A DNA stretch of 64,000 bases, taken from an uncultured Gemmatimonadales bacterium (GTDB lineage: Bacteria; Gemmatimonadota; Gemmatimonadetes; Longimicrobiales; Longimicrobiaceae). The stretch is from positions 1,280,001-1,344,000 of the forward strand of contig OY970303.1 of the NCBI GenBank assembly GCA_963716255.1. Direction: 5' to 3'. The translations under genes and the position numbers were made by a program. Position 1 is the first letter of the stretch. Each line of letters starts with the position of its first letter. Below, piece by piece: positions 49,504 to 58,656 of this stretch. The notes under the pieces are model-generated. The model did not search any database, had not been told where the DNA came from, and saw only the letters and a program-made list of their open reading frames with translations.

Positions 49504-50865
49504 TCAGTCCTCCGCGTCCGGCTCCAGCCCGCCGAGCAGCGGCATCTCCTCGCCGCGCCGCGCCCGCTTCTTCGGGCTGGCGGGCGGCACCGGCGTCTCC
49601 GGGAACGACACTTCGGCCGCGGCGTCGGAGAGCGAGCGGTAGACCGCCTCGCCGGTGCGCTTGAGCAGGGCCATGGCGCGGCGCACCTCGTCCGGCGTCA
49701 GGTCGGTGCCGGCCAATCCGCCCACGATCTCGCCGTACGTCGTCGCGCGGCCGCGGAAGCGCTCCCGCAGCGTGCGCGACAGCAGCGCCAGGTCGGCCGC
49801 GAGCGCGCCGGGGGCCGCGGGCGGCGGATCCGCGTCCCCGGAGGCGAACAGCTCCAGCGTGCCGGCGTCCGCCGCCTCGTCGGGGACGTCGGAGCGGAAG
49901 GCGCGGTCCAGCACGGCGCGGTCGTCCACGCCGGCGCCGCGGAGCGCCTGGTTCAGCGCCAGCGCCCGGAGGGGGTCCCGCGCCGCCAGGAACAGGTAGA
50001 GCGAGTCCGCCGCGTCGTCGGACAGGTGCACGGGCACGCGGCGCACCACGCGGCCGCCCGCCCCGGCCAGCCGCTCCGCGTAGCGCTCCACGAGCCGCGC
50101 CTCGGCGGCGCGCCCGCCGCCCGCGCGCTCGGCGTCGCGCCACAGCGACAGCCACTCGTAGCGCGCGTCGCCGAAGAGCGCGGAGTATCCCTCCACCCCC
50201 TGGCGGGCGTGCCCGGGGAGGTCGGCGATGGTGCTGCCCCGGTAGCGCGCCTGCTTCTGGAGGTCCGCGTGGGGAAAGGAAAGCAGCACGTCGGCGCGGG
50301 GGGCGGCCAGCAGCGGGCGCAGCGAGGCCAGCGGCAGCTTTCCCGGCGCGGGGGGCGCCAGGAAGCAGAGCGCGCGGTCCGCCGCGGCGGCGAAGCGGGC
50401 CACGCGCTCCGCGGCGTCGGCCCACTCCATGTGCAGCAGCGCCACCTCGCCGTGGGCCAGGCCGGAGGGGTCGTCGACCCGGCGGACGCGGTGCCCCGCC
50501 CCGGTGCGCTCCAGCTCGCGCTCCAGCCGGTCCAGCTCCGCCGGGTCCGCCTCCACCAGCACCGCCGCGGCGTGAAGCGGCACCCGCGCGCCGGGCGCGA
50601 GCGCAGCCAGCCGGTCCAGCGCGCGCACCCCGCGCGACGCCGAGCCGGGCACCACGCTCCGACCCGGCCCCACCAGCACGTGGCGCCCCCCGGAGTTGGC
50701 GAAGCCGTCCACGTACGCCACCCGGAAGGGCTCCGGCTCCGCGCCATCCTCCGGCGGGCGCGCCGCCCGCAGCTCGCGCGCGGCCGCCTCGGTCCACTCC
50801 GCCAGGAAGTGGCCGAGCACCTCGTGCAGGGCGAGCGTGGAGCGGTGCGGGGTTACGGGGCTCAC
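49504..50865 (-). CDS. Three-Cys-motif partner (TcmP)-like Rossmann-fold protein, divergent
   Basis: YVDGFANSG, ALCFLAP, DVLLSF, YLFLAARD pattern recalled from the TcmP family. Confidence 0.55.
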   Translation of the reverse strand: MSPVTPHRSTLALHEVLGHFLAEWTEAAARELRAARPPEDGAEPEPFRVAYVDGFANSGGRHVLVGPGRSVVPGSASRGVRALDRLAALAPGARVPLHAAAVLVEADPAELDRLERELERTGAGHRVRRVDDPSGLAHGEVALLHMEWADAAERVARFAAAADRALCFLAPPAPGKLPLASLRPLLAAPRADVLLSFPHADLQKQARYRGSTIADLPGHARQGVEGYSALFGDARYEWLSLWRDAERAGGGRAAEARLVERYAERLAGAGGRVVRRVPVHLSDDAADSLYLFLAARDPLRALALNQALRGAGVDDRAVLDRAFRSDVPDEAADAGTLELFASGDADPPPAAPGALAADLALLSRTLRERFRGRATTYGEIVGGLAGTDLTPDEVRRAMALLKRTGEAVYRSLSDAAAEVSFPETPVPPASPKKRARRGEEMPLLGGLEPDAED

Positions 50866-51048
50866 GGGCCTGGGGCGCGGGTGGGGAGTGGACGCCCGGA
50901 AGACTATCCCCGGGGGGTACCCGAATCAAGCCCGAAACCGCCTCCGCGGGTTTCCCCCCCGGACCGGCGCTGTAGATTCCGTTGCACGTCCCGTGCGGTG
51001 AGCGCGCGGGACCCGTGAGAACCGATCGCCCGAAGACGGAGGGACACG

Positions 51049-51507
51049 ATGCCCGAGATCGCCAGGACCAGCCGCAAGGCCACGGTGCCCTGCGCCTCCT
51101 GCGGCAGGCTGAACCGGGTGGACATGGCGCGCGCCGCCGACGGCCCCAGGTGCGGCCAGTGCAGCCAGTCCATCGCGCTCGACCGGCCGCTCCACCTCAC
51201 CGACGCCGACTTCGCGCGGGTGGTGCGCGACGCCGAGGTGCCGGTGGTGGTGGACTTCTACGCCGACTGGTGCGGGCCCTGCAAGGCGATGGCGCCGGTG
51301 CTGGACCAGCTCGCCCGCGACCGCGTGGGCCAGATCCTGGTGGCAAAGCTCGACACCGACCGCAACCCGGCCACCTCCGCGCAGTTCGGCATCCGCTCCA
51401 TCCCCACCCTGATCGCCTTCAACGGCGGCAAGGGCGTGACGCGGGTGACGGGCGCCGTGGGGGGACCGCGGCTGGACGCGATGGTGCAGGCCGCGCTGGG
51501 CAGCTGA
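51049..51507 (+). CDS. trxC: Thioredoxin 2 with N-terminal Zn finger
   Basis: CASC...CGQC Zn finger plus WCGPC. Confidence 0.9.
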   Translation: MPEIARTSRKATVPCASCGRLNRVDMARAADGPRCGQCSQSIALDRPLHLTDADFARVVRDAEVPVVVDFYADWCGPCKAMAPVLDQLARDRVGQILVAKLDTDRNPATSAQFGIRSIPTLIAFNGGKGVTRVTGAVGGPRLDAMVQAALGS

Positions 51508-51510
51508 CGC

Positions 51511-52515
51511 GTGGGGGCGGCGGAGGACGCGGGGACGCACGTCGCGGGGACGGGGAGCCACCTTCCCGCGCGCGTGCTGGGGAACGCGGAGATCGCCGCG
51601 CTTGCCGGGGTGACGGAAGACTGGATCCTGCGGCGCACCGGAATCCGCGAGCGCCGCGTCGCCGCGGACGACGAGGGCGCCGCGGCCATGGCCGCCCGCG
51701 CCGCGCGGCCGGCGCTGGAGGCCGCGGGGATCGGGGCGGAGGAGCTGGGCGTGGTGGTGGTCGCCACCTCCACCCCCGACCACCTCACCCCACCCACCGC
51801 CTGCGAGCTGCAGGCCGCGGTGGGAGCGTGGGGCGCCGCCTGCTTCGACGTGGAGGCCGGGTTCGCGGGGTGGATCTACGCGCTGGTGGTGGCGGACGCG
51901 CTGCTGCGCTGCGGCGCCGGACGCTTCGCCCTGGTGGTGGGCGTGGAAAAGCTGTCCACGGTCACCGACCGCGCCGACCCGGCCACCGGCCCTCTCTTCG
52001 GCGACGGGGCGGGCGCCGTGGTCCTCGCCGCGGGCCGGGGCCCGCTGCCGCTGCGCGCGACCAGCTGGTGGGCGGACGGGCGGCTGGCGGACGCCCTGCT
52101 GCGCCCGGGCGGCGGCTCGCGCCGCCCCTTCGACGCGCGCGTGCTGGAGGAGCGCACGCACCTGCTGCGCATGGAGGGGACGCGCCTCTTCAGGGCCGCC
52201 GTGCGCACCATGGCCGCGCAGGCCGGCGCCGCGCTGGAGCGGGCCGGCGTCGCCCCCGCCCGGGTGGGGCTGGTGGTGCCGCACCAGGCCAACCTGCGCA
52301 TCATCGACGGGCTGAAGAAGGAGATGGCGCTGCCCGACGAGCGCGTGTTCGTCAACATCGACCGGCTGGGCAACACCGGCGCCGCCACCATCCCCATCGC
52401 GCTCGACGAGGCGCTGCGCGGTGGGCGAATCCCCCCCGACGCGCCGACGCTGCTGGTGTCGTTCGGCGCCGGCGCCACGGCGGGGGCGGCCGTGCTCGGG
52501 CCGGATCCCGGCTGA
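51511..52515 (+). CDS. FabH-like (KAS III) protein with catalytic Cys replaced by Phe
   Basis: WILRRTGIRERR, LFGDGAGA, PHQAN, GNTGAA, FGAG; DVEAGFAGW in place of DxxAACxGF. Confidence 0.85.
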   Translation: MGAAEDAGTHVAGTGSHLPARVLGNAEIAALAGVTEDWILRRTGIRERRVAADDEGAAAMAARAARPALEAAGIGAEELGVVVVATSTPDHLTPPTACELQAAVGAWGAACFDVEAGFAGWIYALVVADALLRCGAGRFALVVGVEKLSTVTDRADPATGPLFGDGAGAVVLAAGRGPLPLRATSWWADGRLADALLRPGGGSRRPFDARVLEERTHLLRMEGTRLFRAAVRTMAAQAGAALERAGVAPARVGLVVPHQANLRIIDGLKKEMALPDERVFVNIDRLGNTGAATIPIALDEALRGGRIPPDAPTLLVSFGAGATAGAAVLGPDPG

Positions 52516-52553
52516 CGGAGGCTCCCGTCCGTGCTCCTGCGCGCACATGGCCC

Positions 52554-52581
52554 TTGACTGCACGAACGGTCGTTCTATTAT
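52554..52581 (+). promoter_or_regulatory. Promoter with overlapping TetR operator
   Basis: TTGACT-16 nt-TATTAT; spacer holds the near-palindrome gaacggtcgttc; ATG 6 nt after the -10. Confidence 0.65.
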
Positions 52582-52587
52582 GACATC

Positions 52588-53196
52588 ATGAGCAAGGGCG
52601 CACTCACCCGGCGGGCCATTCTGGAGCACGCCTTCAGCCTCGCCAGCCAGGCGGGGCTGGAGGGGCTGAGCATCGGGCGGCTGGCTCAGGAGCTGGACCT
52701 GTCCAAGAGCGGGCTATTCGCCCACTTCCAGTCCAAGGAAGCGCTCCAGCTCCAGGTGATCGAGTACGCGGCAGAGAACTTCACCCGGCACGTCGCGCTG
52801 CCGACGCTGCGGACCGAGCGCGGCGAGCCGCGCGTCCGCGCCGTGCTGGAAAACTGGCTCCGCTGGCCGGAGGAGTCCGGGGCGCGCGGCGGCTGTTTCT
52901 TCGTGGCCGCGTCCGTGGAGCTGGACGACCGCACGGGCGCCGCGCGAGACCGGCTGGTGGAGCTGCAGCGCGAGTGGATCGACTTCCTGGCCCGGGTCGC
53001 GCGCGGCGCCGTGTCCGCCGGCCACTTTCGCGACGACCTGGACGCGGAGCAGTTCGCGTATGCCCTGTACGGGACCATGCTGGTGACCCACCAGTACCGT
53101 CGGCTCCTCGGCGACCCCGGCGCGGAGCCGCGCGCCCGGGCCGCGCTGGAGACCCTGATCCGGGACGCGGCCGCGGTGCCCGCGGCGCGCCCGTAG
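52588..53196 (+). CDS. TetR/AcrR family regulator
   Basis: LSIGRLAQELDLSKSGLFAHFQSKE HTH. Confidence 0.93.
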   Translation: MSKGALTRRAILEHAFSLASQAGLEGLSIGRLAQELDLSKSGLFAHFQSKEALQLQVIEYAAENFTRHVALPTLRTERGEPRVRAVLENWLRWPEESGARGGCFFVAASVELDDRTGAARDRLVELQREWIDFLARVARGAVSAGHFRDDLDAEQFAYALYGTMLVTHQYRRLLGDPGAEPRARAALETLIRDAAAVPAARP

Positions 53197-53220
53197 CCCC
53201 ACCCGCGAGGAGCAGGGACC

Positions 53221-54114
53221 ATGGACACACAAACAGCAGGAAAAAGCACGAACGTTCGGTTGAAAATACCTCCGGCGATCACCGGCGCCATCCGTCTGCT
53301 CCATCGCGTCTCTCCACCGCTGGCCCGACGCCTCGCGCGCCGCGTCTTCTTCACCCCGCCGCGCCGGCGGCCTTCGGCGCGCACGCTGGAGCTGCTCGCC
53401 ACCGGGCAGCCGTTCGTGCTCCGCGTGCGGGGCGGGCGCGTTCACGGCTGGAGATGGGGGAGCGGACCGGCAGTGTACCTGCTGCACGGCTGGGGCGGAC
53501 GGGCCGCGAGCCTGGTCCACTTCGTGGAGCCGCTCCTGGAGCAGGGGCTCGGCGTGGTCGCCTTCGACGCGCCTGGACACGGCTCCTCGGACGGGCGCAT
53601 CTCCACGCTGCCGCACTACGCCGACGCGCTCCGGGCCGCCGTCCGGGAGATGGCGCCGGTGCACGCCGTGCTCGCCCATTCCATGGGCGCGGCGACAGCC
53701 ACCTACGCGTTGCGCGGCGGGCTGCGGGCGGAGCGCGCGGTGTTCGTGGGCGCGGCGGCGGACCCGTTCCGCTTCCACGACGTGTTCATGCATGCGGTCG
53801 GGCTGCCGCGCGGCGAATGGAGCGTGTCGGTGCGCGAGATCGAGACGTGGCTGGGGATCCCCGCGAGCGACGTGTCCGTCCCCCTGTCGGCGCCCGCGAT
53901 GACGGTCCCGCTCCTCGCCTTCCACGATCGCGGCGACCCCGAGGTCCCCTGCAGCGAGAGCGAGGAGATCGTGGCGGCGTGGCCGCGGGCGCGCCTGGTC
54001 ACCACCTCCGGCCTGGGCCACCGGGAGATCCTGCGCGACCCCGAGGTGATCCGCGCGGCGGTGGAGTTCCTGTCCGGCGGCGCAGTCGAAGAGACCGAGC
54101 GGCTGCGGGCCTGA
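53221..54114 (+). CDS. Alpha/beta fold hydrolase
   Basis: LLHGWGG, FDAPGHG, AHSMGA, HDRGDPEV, GLGH. Confidence 0.88.
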   Translation: MDTQTAGKSTNVRLKIPPAITGAIRLLHRVSPPLARRLARRVFFTPPRRRPSARTLELLATGQPFVLRVRGGRVHGWRWGSGPAVYLLHGWGGRAASLVHFVEPLLEQGLGVVAFDAPGHGSSDGRISTLPHYADALRAAVREMAPVHAVLAHSMGAATATYALRGGLRAERAVFVGAAADPFRFHDVFMHAVGLPRGEWSVSVREIETWLGIPASDVSVPLSAPAMTVPLLAFHDRGDPEVPCSESEEIVAAWPRARLVTTSGLGHREILRDPEVIRAAVEFLSGGAVEETERLRA

Positions 54115-54129
54115 CGGACGGCAGGGGCT

Positions 54130-54422
54130 GGGTTCGGGCGTGCCCCCGGCTGGCGCCGGGGTCGGGCTTCGGCTCCGTAGGACGAGAAACTACCTCGTCC
54201 AACGGAGTCGAGCCCCGGCGGAAACAGCCCCGCCGGGTCTCGCCCCTTCGGGCCGAAATCCCTCACGCGGGCATCTCGCTGGCGTCCGCGGGGGTCCCCA
54301 CCCGGCTCGCTTGAGGCTCGCCACCCTCCCCCGTTCCGGGAGAGGGGAATCTCCACGCTTCGATCCCCTCCAGCGTCGTGCCGTGCTCCCCTCCCCCTTG
54401 CGGGGAGGGGCCGGGGGAGGGG
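54130..54422 (-). repeat. Family B repeat, copy B5 (core 54130-54269) with inverted pair of G/C-rich palindromes
   Basis: Near-identical to 12030-12258, plus cccctcccccttgcggggaggggccgggggagggg at about 54388-54422. Confidence 0.9.
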
Positions 54423-54527
54423 TCGCCGTGGGCGCTTCCGACGTCGCCGGGTGAGGGCCAGGCGGAACGGCGGCGGGGGCGGACGGTACCAGGGCCGTCC
54501 TCGTCCGTCGCCGACCGACCGGAGCAC

Positions 54528-55208
54528 ATGCAGCCTGCACCGACCGCGTATCCCGCCACCGAGAGCGCGCTTCGCGCCGCCCTCGCCGACGCGCCGCTCG
54601 ACCGCGAGTCGTTCGAGCGGCCGCTGTCGCGCTGCGCGCTCGCGCGGTGCCACGGCACCTGCTGCTCGGAGGGGGTCTACCTGAACGCGGAGGTGGCGGC
54701 GACGCTCCGCAACCTGCTGCGGCGCGAGTCGGGGCGGTTCCGCGCGCTGGGGATGGAGCGGCCGGAGGAGGCGGTGGTGGTGGAGGTGGAGGACGGGGTG
54801 CGCTCCGTCCGCACCGCGCTGGTGCCGAAGCCCTTCCGCGCGCGGGTGCCCGACTACCCCGCGCACTTCCCGGAGACCGCCTGCGCCTTTCTCCTGGACG
54901 ACGCCCGCTGCGCTCTCCAGGCGGTGGCCGAGACCCAGGAGCTCCATCCCTGGCACTACAAGCCGCTCGCCTGCTGGCTTCACCCCGTCTCCCTGTCGCC
55001 GGAGGGGATCCGCCTGCACGACGCGGCCAGCGACCCGTACCCCGGCGGCTGGACGAGCCGGACGCACTGCGGCCGGACGGATCCGTGCGGCCGCCCGGCG
55101 CTGGAGGTGCTGCACGCCGAGCTGGAGTTCCTGGGCCGGGTCCTGGGGCGCGACCTGCTCGCCGCGCCGGGCGACGCCACGGACGCGGAGGCCCGGCGCG
55201 CCCCGTAG
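54528..55208 (+). CDS. Cys-rich metal-binding protein (DUF3109 / YkgJ-like)
   Basis: CxxxxCxGxCC, ACAFL...CALQ, KPLACWLHP. Confidence 0.7.
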   Translation: MQPAPTAYPATESALRAALADAPLDRESFERPLSRCALARCHGTCCSEGVYLNAEVAATLRNLLRRESGRFRALGMERPEEAVVVEVEDGVRSVRTALVPKPFRARVPDYPAHFPETACAFLLDDARCALQAVAETQELHPWHYKPLACWLHPVSLSPEGIRLHDAASDPYPGGWTSRTHCGRTDPCGRPALEVLHAELEFLGRVLGRDLLAAPGDATDAEARRAP

Positions 55209-55252
55209 AGCGCGCCGCGCCGCGCGGGCCCCGTCCGCGGCCGGGGGCGCGG

Positions 55253-57466
55253 CTACATCAGCCCGTCCAGGTACAGGTCCACGCGCCACCCCGTGGGGTC
55301 GCGGAGCGCGCGGGCGAGGTCCACCCGCACCAGCCCGTCCAGGAAGCTCGCGCCCACCCCGGCCGAAAGGAGCCGCGGGTCCGCCGCCCACGCGTCGCGC
55401 GCGCCGGCCCACCCCGCGTCCGAGAAGGCGACGATCCGCGCGCCCGGCGCGGCCCGCCCCACCTCCGCCCTCGCCCGCCAGAACGCCTCCCCGGCCACGA
55501 TCCCGCCCGCGTAGCCGCGCGCCGTCGCCGGGCCGCCCAGGAACCACAGCCCCTGCACCGGCACCTCACCCAGCGCGGTGCCCGCGCCCACCTCCACCGT
55601 CCCCACCAGCCCCGCGGGGAGCGGCGCCCCGCCGAACAGCGTGGCGGATGGGCGCGCGAAGGTGAAGGTGCCGGTGGAGCCCTCCAGCGCCACCTCCATC
55701 CCCCCGCGCCACCCGGCCGGGTCCGCGCCGCGCGCCGCCCGCCACGCGACCGCCGCGCCCGCCTGGTCTGCCGACTCGGCGCGGATGTTTTCACGGAAGC
55801 CGTCGTCGCTCCACAGGCTGGGCAGGCTCCAGTCGGTGCTCTTCTCCGCCTCCGCCTGGTGCTCCGCGAACAGGCGCCAGCTCACCCCCTGCTCCGCCAC
55901 GGGGGAGCGCAGGAGCTCCACCCCCAGGCTGCGGAAGTAGTGTCCGTCGTCGCGGCCGAAGAGCAGCGACGAGAGCGAGTTGCCCAGGCCCAGCGCCCGC
56001 GGCGCGAAGTCCACCGCGTCCAGCCGCCGGTACGCGGCCAGGCGGTGCCGCGACGCGACGCCGGTGCGGGTCGCCCCCACCTGCACGTCGGGCTGCCAGT
56101 CGGCGATGCCCAGGCGCAGCGTGGCGTCGGCGGTCGCGCGGCCCAGCTCCCACTCGGCCCGGGCGCCCGCGGAAAGCCCCTCCACGCGGTTGTAGCGCAG
56201 CAGGTCCGGCGAGCTTCCCGCCCACGACAGGCGCGGCCGGGCCAGCTGCCACGGCGCCGCGGGCGCCAGCTTCGCGAGCGCGACCAGCTCGTTCATCTCC
56301 GCGCGGCTCACCAGCGCCTCGCCCTCCTCGAAGATGGACGGCGGCAGGTGCTCGCCGGCGACCACGCGCTGGGTGTCGCGCGGCATCAGCGTGACCGACT
56401 CGCGGCAGCGGCCGCCCGAGCAGTCGCACCCCAGCTCCACCGTGAACTCCGGGCGCGCGGCCCGGAGCGAGTCGCGCACCGCCGCCCCCCGCGGGGAGTG
56501 GTCGCCGCACTTCCGCGCGGAGCCGGCGGCGGACGCGGCGGCGACGGCGGGCGGGGGCGTGCCGGGCGCGTCGCCCTCCACCTCGAAGTCCGCGTAGGTC
56601 TGCTCCATCCGCAGGGGAAAGCGGGCCATCTTCCCCAGCTGCGCCTCGCCCTCCAGCGCCACCAGCCGCGGGAGCCACCAGCGCTGGTGCCAGAGCCCGT
56701 ACTCCACCGTCATGAAGCGGATGTCGGCGCGGACCGGCTTGAAGACGCCCGGCACGTCGTCCAGGTCGTCATCGTCGGGGTCCAGCCGCCGGCCGTCGGT
56801 CTCCAGGTCGAAGGGGCGGGCCAGGCGGAGCACCGCGCGAACCACCGCGTGCGAATCGCTTTCCAGCCAGAGCGAGCCGCTCACCAGCGACGACTCGCTG
56901 CGCCGGGGGATCACCTGGAGCTCCACCAGCCGCAGCGCGGCCATCCCGGGAATGCGCACGGTGACGGTGTCGCCGGAGCGGAAGCGGTAGTCGGCCTCGC
57001 TCCCGGCGGCCAGCGGGTGCCGCGCGAAGGCGTCGTCGCCGCCCATCATCCCCCCCAGCCCCAGCTCCAGCCGGTCGGCGGTGGGGTCGAACACGGAATT
57101 GCCGCAGTCCTCCTCGGGCTCCGGCGTCCGCGACACCAGCGGCACCACTTCGCGCCCGCCCAGCACCTCCATCACCGCGGGCTCGCCGCGCCGCCAGTCC
57201 ACCCGCACGGCGGACTCGCAGCGGAAGAAGAGCCGGTCCCGCCGGAGCGCCCTCAGCCCCAGCGAGATCCGCGACCGCGAGACCACCCGGTAGCTGCGGA
57301 TGGCGCTTTCCACGTCCGTCCTGCGCTCGCGCGCCAGGCGCACGGTCTCGCGCGCGCCGGCGTCCAGGTACGCGTCGGAGCGGGCGGCGGACTGCGGGAG
57401 GGCGGTGTCGGGGGCGGAGGGAGACGGGTGGGCGGCGAGCAGCGAGGCCGCGAGCAGGAGCAGCAT
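55253..57466 (-). CDS. Hypothetical outer-membrane protein with C-terminal beta-barrel
   Basis: Signal peptide; RYNRVEGL; LGGPATARGY (Omp85-like); amphipathic terminal strands. Confidence 0.65.
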   Translation of the reverse strand: MLLLLAASLLAAHPSPSAPDTALPQSAARSDAYLDAGARETVRLARERRTDVESAIRSYRVVSRSRISLGLRALRRDRLFFRCESAVRVDWRRGEPAVMEVLGGREVVPLVSRTPEPEEDCGNSVFDPTADRLELGLGGMMGGDDAFARHPLAAGSEADYRFRSGDTVTVRIPGMAALRLVELQVIPRRSESSLVSGSLWLESDSHAVVRAVLRLARPFDLETDGRRLDPDDDDLDDVPGVFKPVRADIRFMTVEYGLWHQRWWLPRLVALEGEAQLGKMARFPLRMEQTYADFEVEGDAPGTPPPAVAAASAAGSARKCGDHSPRGAAVRDSLRAARPEFTVELGCDCSGGRCRESVTLMPRDTQRVVAGEHLPPSIFEEGEALVSRAEMNELVALAKLAPAAPWQLARPRLSWAGSSPDLLRYNRVEGLSAGARAEWELGRATADATLRLGIADWQPDVQVGATRTGVASRHRLAAYRRLDAVDFAPRALGLGNSLSSLLFGRDDGHYFRSLGVELLRSPVAEQGVSWRLFAEHQAEAEKSTDWSLPSLWSDDGFRENIRAESADQAGAAVAWRAARGADPAGWRGGMEVALEGSTGTFTFARPSATLFGGAPLPAGLVGTVEVGAGTALGEVPVQGLWFLGGPATARGYAGGIVAGEAFWRARAEVGRAAPGARIVAFSDAGWAGARDAWAADPRLLSAGVGASFLDGLVRVDLARALRDPTGWRVDLYLDGLM

Positions 57467-57613
57467 GGTCGGTGCGTGGCTGGGGACGTCGGGCAGGGGA
57501 TCCGGAGGCCCCTACGGCGGGCCGGCGGACCGGGTTTCAGCCGCTCCGGACGCACGCGGGGCCGCCCCGGCGTGCGGAGCGGCCCCGTGTGCACCGTTCC
57601 CTGCCCCGGCGGT

Positions 57614-58168
57614 CTACGTCCGCCGGTGCCGGCCGGGGTTCTCCCTGTGATTGATGGCCACGACCGCGATCACCGTCCACGTCATGGTCAGCAAGAGCCC
57701 CGGCAGAGGAATGGGAGACAGCATCCGCGCCGCGAGCAGAAGCACGGAGCCCGCCGCCAGGCCCCAGGACCGCCCCCGCTCTCCCGCCACCGCGAGAGCC
57801 AGCGCGGGAAAAAGGATCGCCAGCGAGACCATGGCCACGACCGGCGCGGTGGAGTCGAGGGCACCGGAGTCCCACGCCTGCAGCCCGCCGGTGACCAGGA
57901 CCAGGCCGGCCCACCCCCACCGGAGCGGCGTCGTCGCGGCGTCCCCACCGAGCCGCATGCGCAGCAGGTGCGGGGCCGAGCGGAGCGCTTCGCCCACCAG
58001 CCAACTGCGGGCGCTCCGCGCGCCGTCCCGCTCCGCGCGGGACCGCGCCTCCTCCGCCAGGTCGCCCAGGAACTCGTCGCGGTGCTTCCCCGGGACCAAC
58101 CGGCGGAGCGCGGCCGCCAGCCAGCGCGGGATCACGTCCAGCCCGGGTCCGTCGCGGTCGTCCGTCAT
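57614..58168 (-). CDS. Membrane protein with permease-prefix-like N-terminus
   Basis: RRLVPGKHRDEFLGDLAEE then four TM segments; ATGA overlap with PadR. Confidence 0.7.
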   Translation of the reverse strand: MTDDRDGPGLDVIPRWLAAALRRLVPGKHRDEFLGDLAEEARSRAERDGARSARSWLVGEALRSAPHLLRMRLGGDAATTPLRWGWAGLVLVTGGLQAWDSGALDSTAPVVAMVSLAILFPALALAVAGERGRSWGLAAGSVLLLAARMLSPIPLPGLLLTMTWTVIAVVAINHRENPGRHRRT

Positions 58169-58509
58169 GCGGCTCCTCCTGCGAGAGGTTCCAGCCCGGG
58201 GAGCCCGGCGCGCATCCGGTCGGTCGCGCGGAGCGCCTGGCTGGCGGCGGCGTGTCCCTGGGCGGTGATGCGGAAGTAGCGCCTGGCGCGCCCCTCCCGC
58301 TCGGGCGCCGCGTCCCCCGGCCGGGAGCAGACGTACCCCTTCGATTCCAGCCTTTCCAGCGTGGCGTACACCGCGCCGAGCGAAGCGCCGCGCTCCGTGC
58401 GCTCCTCGATGTCGCGACGCACCGTCATTCCGTACGCGTTGTCGCCCAGACGGAGCACCGACAGCAGCACGAGCTGCTCGAACGCCCCCGGCAGGTCTCC
58501 CTTTGCCAT
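58165..58509 (-). CDS. PadR family regulator
   Basis: FEQLVLL, AYG, GAVYATLERLESKG, RRYFRIT. Confidence 0.93.
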   Translation of the reverse strand: MAKGDLPGAFEQLVLLSVLRLGDNAYGMTVRRDIEERTERGASLGAVYATLERLESKGYVCSRPGDAAPEREGRARRYFRITAQGHAAASQALRATDRMRAGLPGLEPLAGGAA

Positions 58510-58522
58510 TTCAGACGCCTCC

Positions 58523-58543
58523 TATTTCTACATAATAGAAATA
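58523..58543. promoter_or_regulatory. Probable PadR operator
   Basis: Perfect inverted repeat TATTTCTA-cataa-TAGAAATA abutting the padR RBS. Confidence 0.65.
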
Positions 58544-58656
58544 AGCCGTGGCCTACGGCGGCGCAAGACTTTTCTTCGGTGCCCGGGTTGCTTCCCGGCC
58601 GCCGGGCCGCCGCGTATCTTGCCGCGGAGCCCCCCTCGCCCGTCCCCCTCCCCCAC

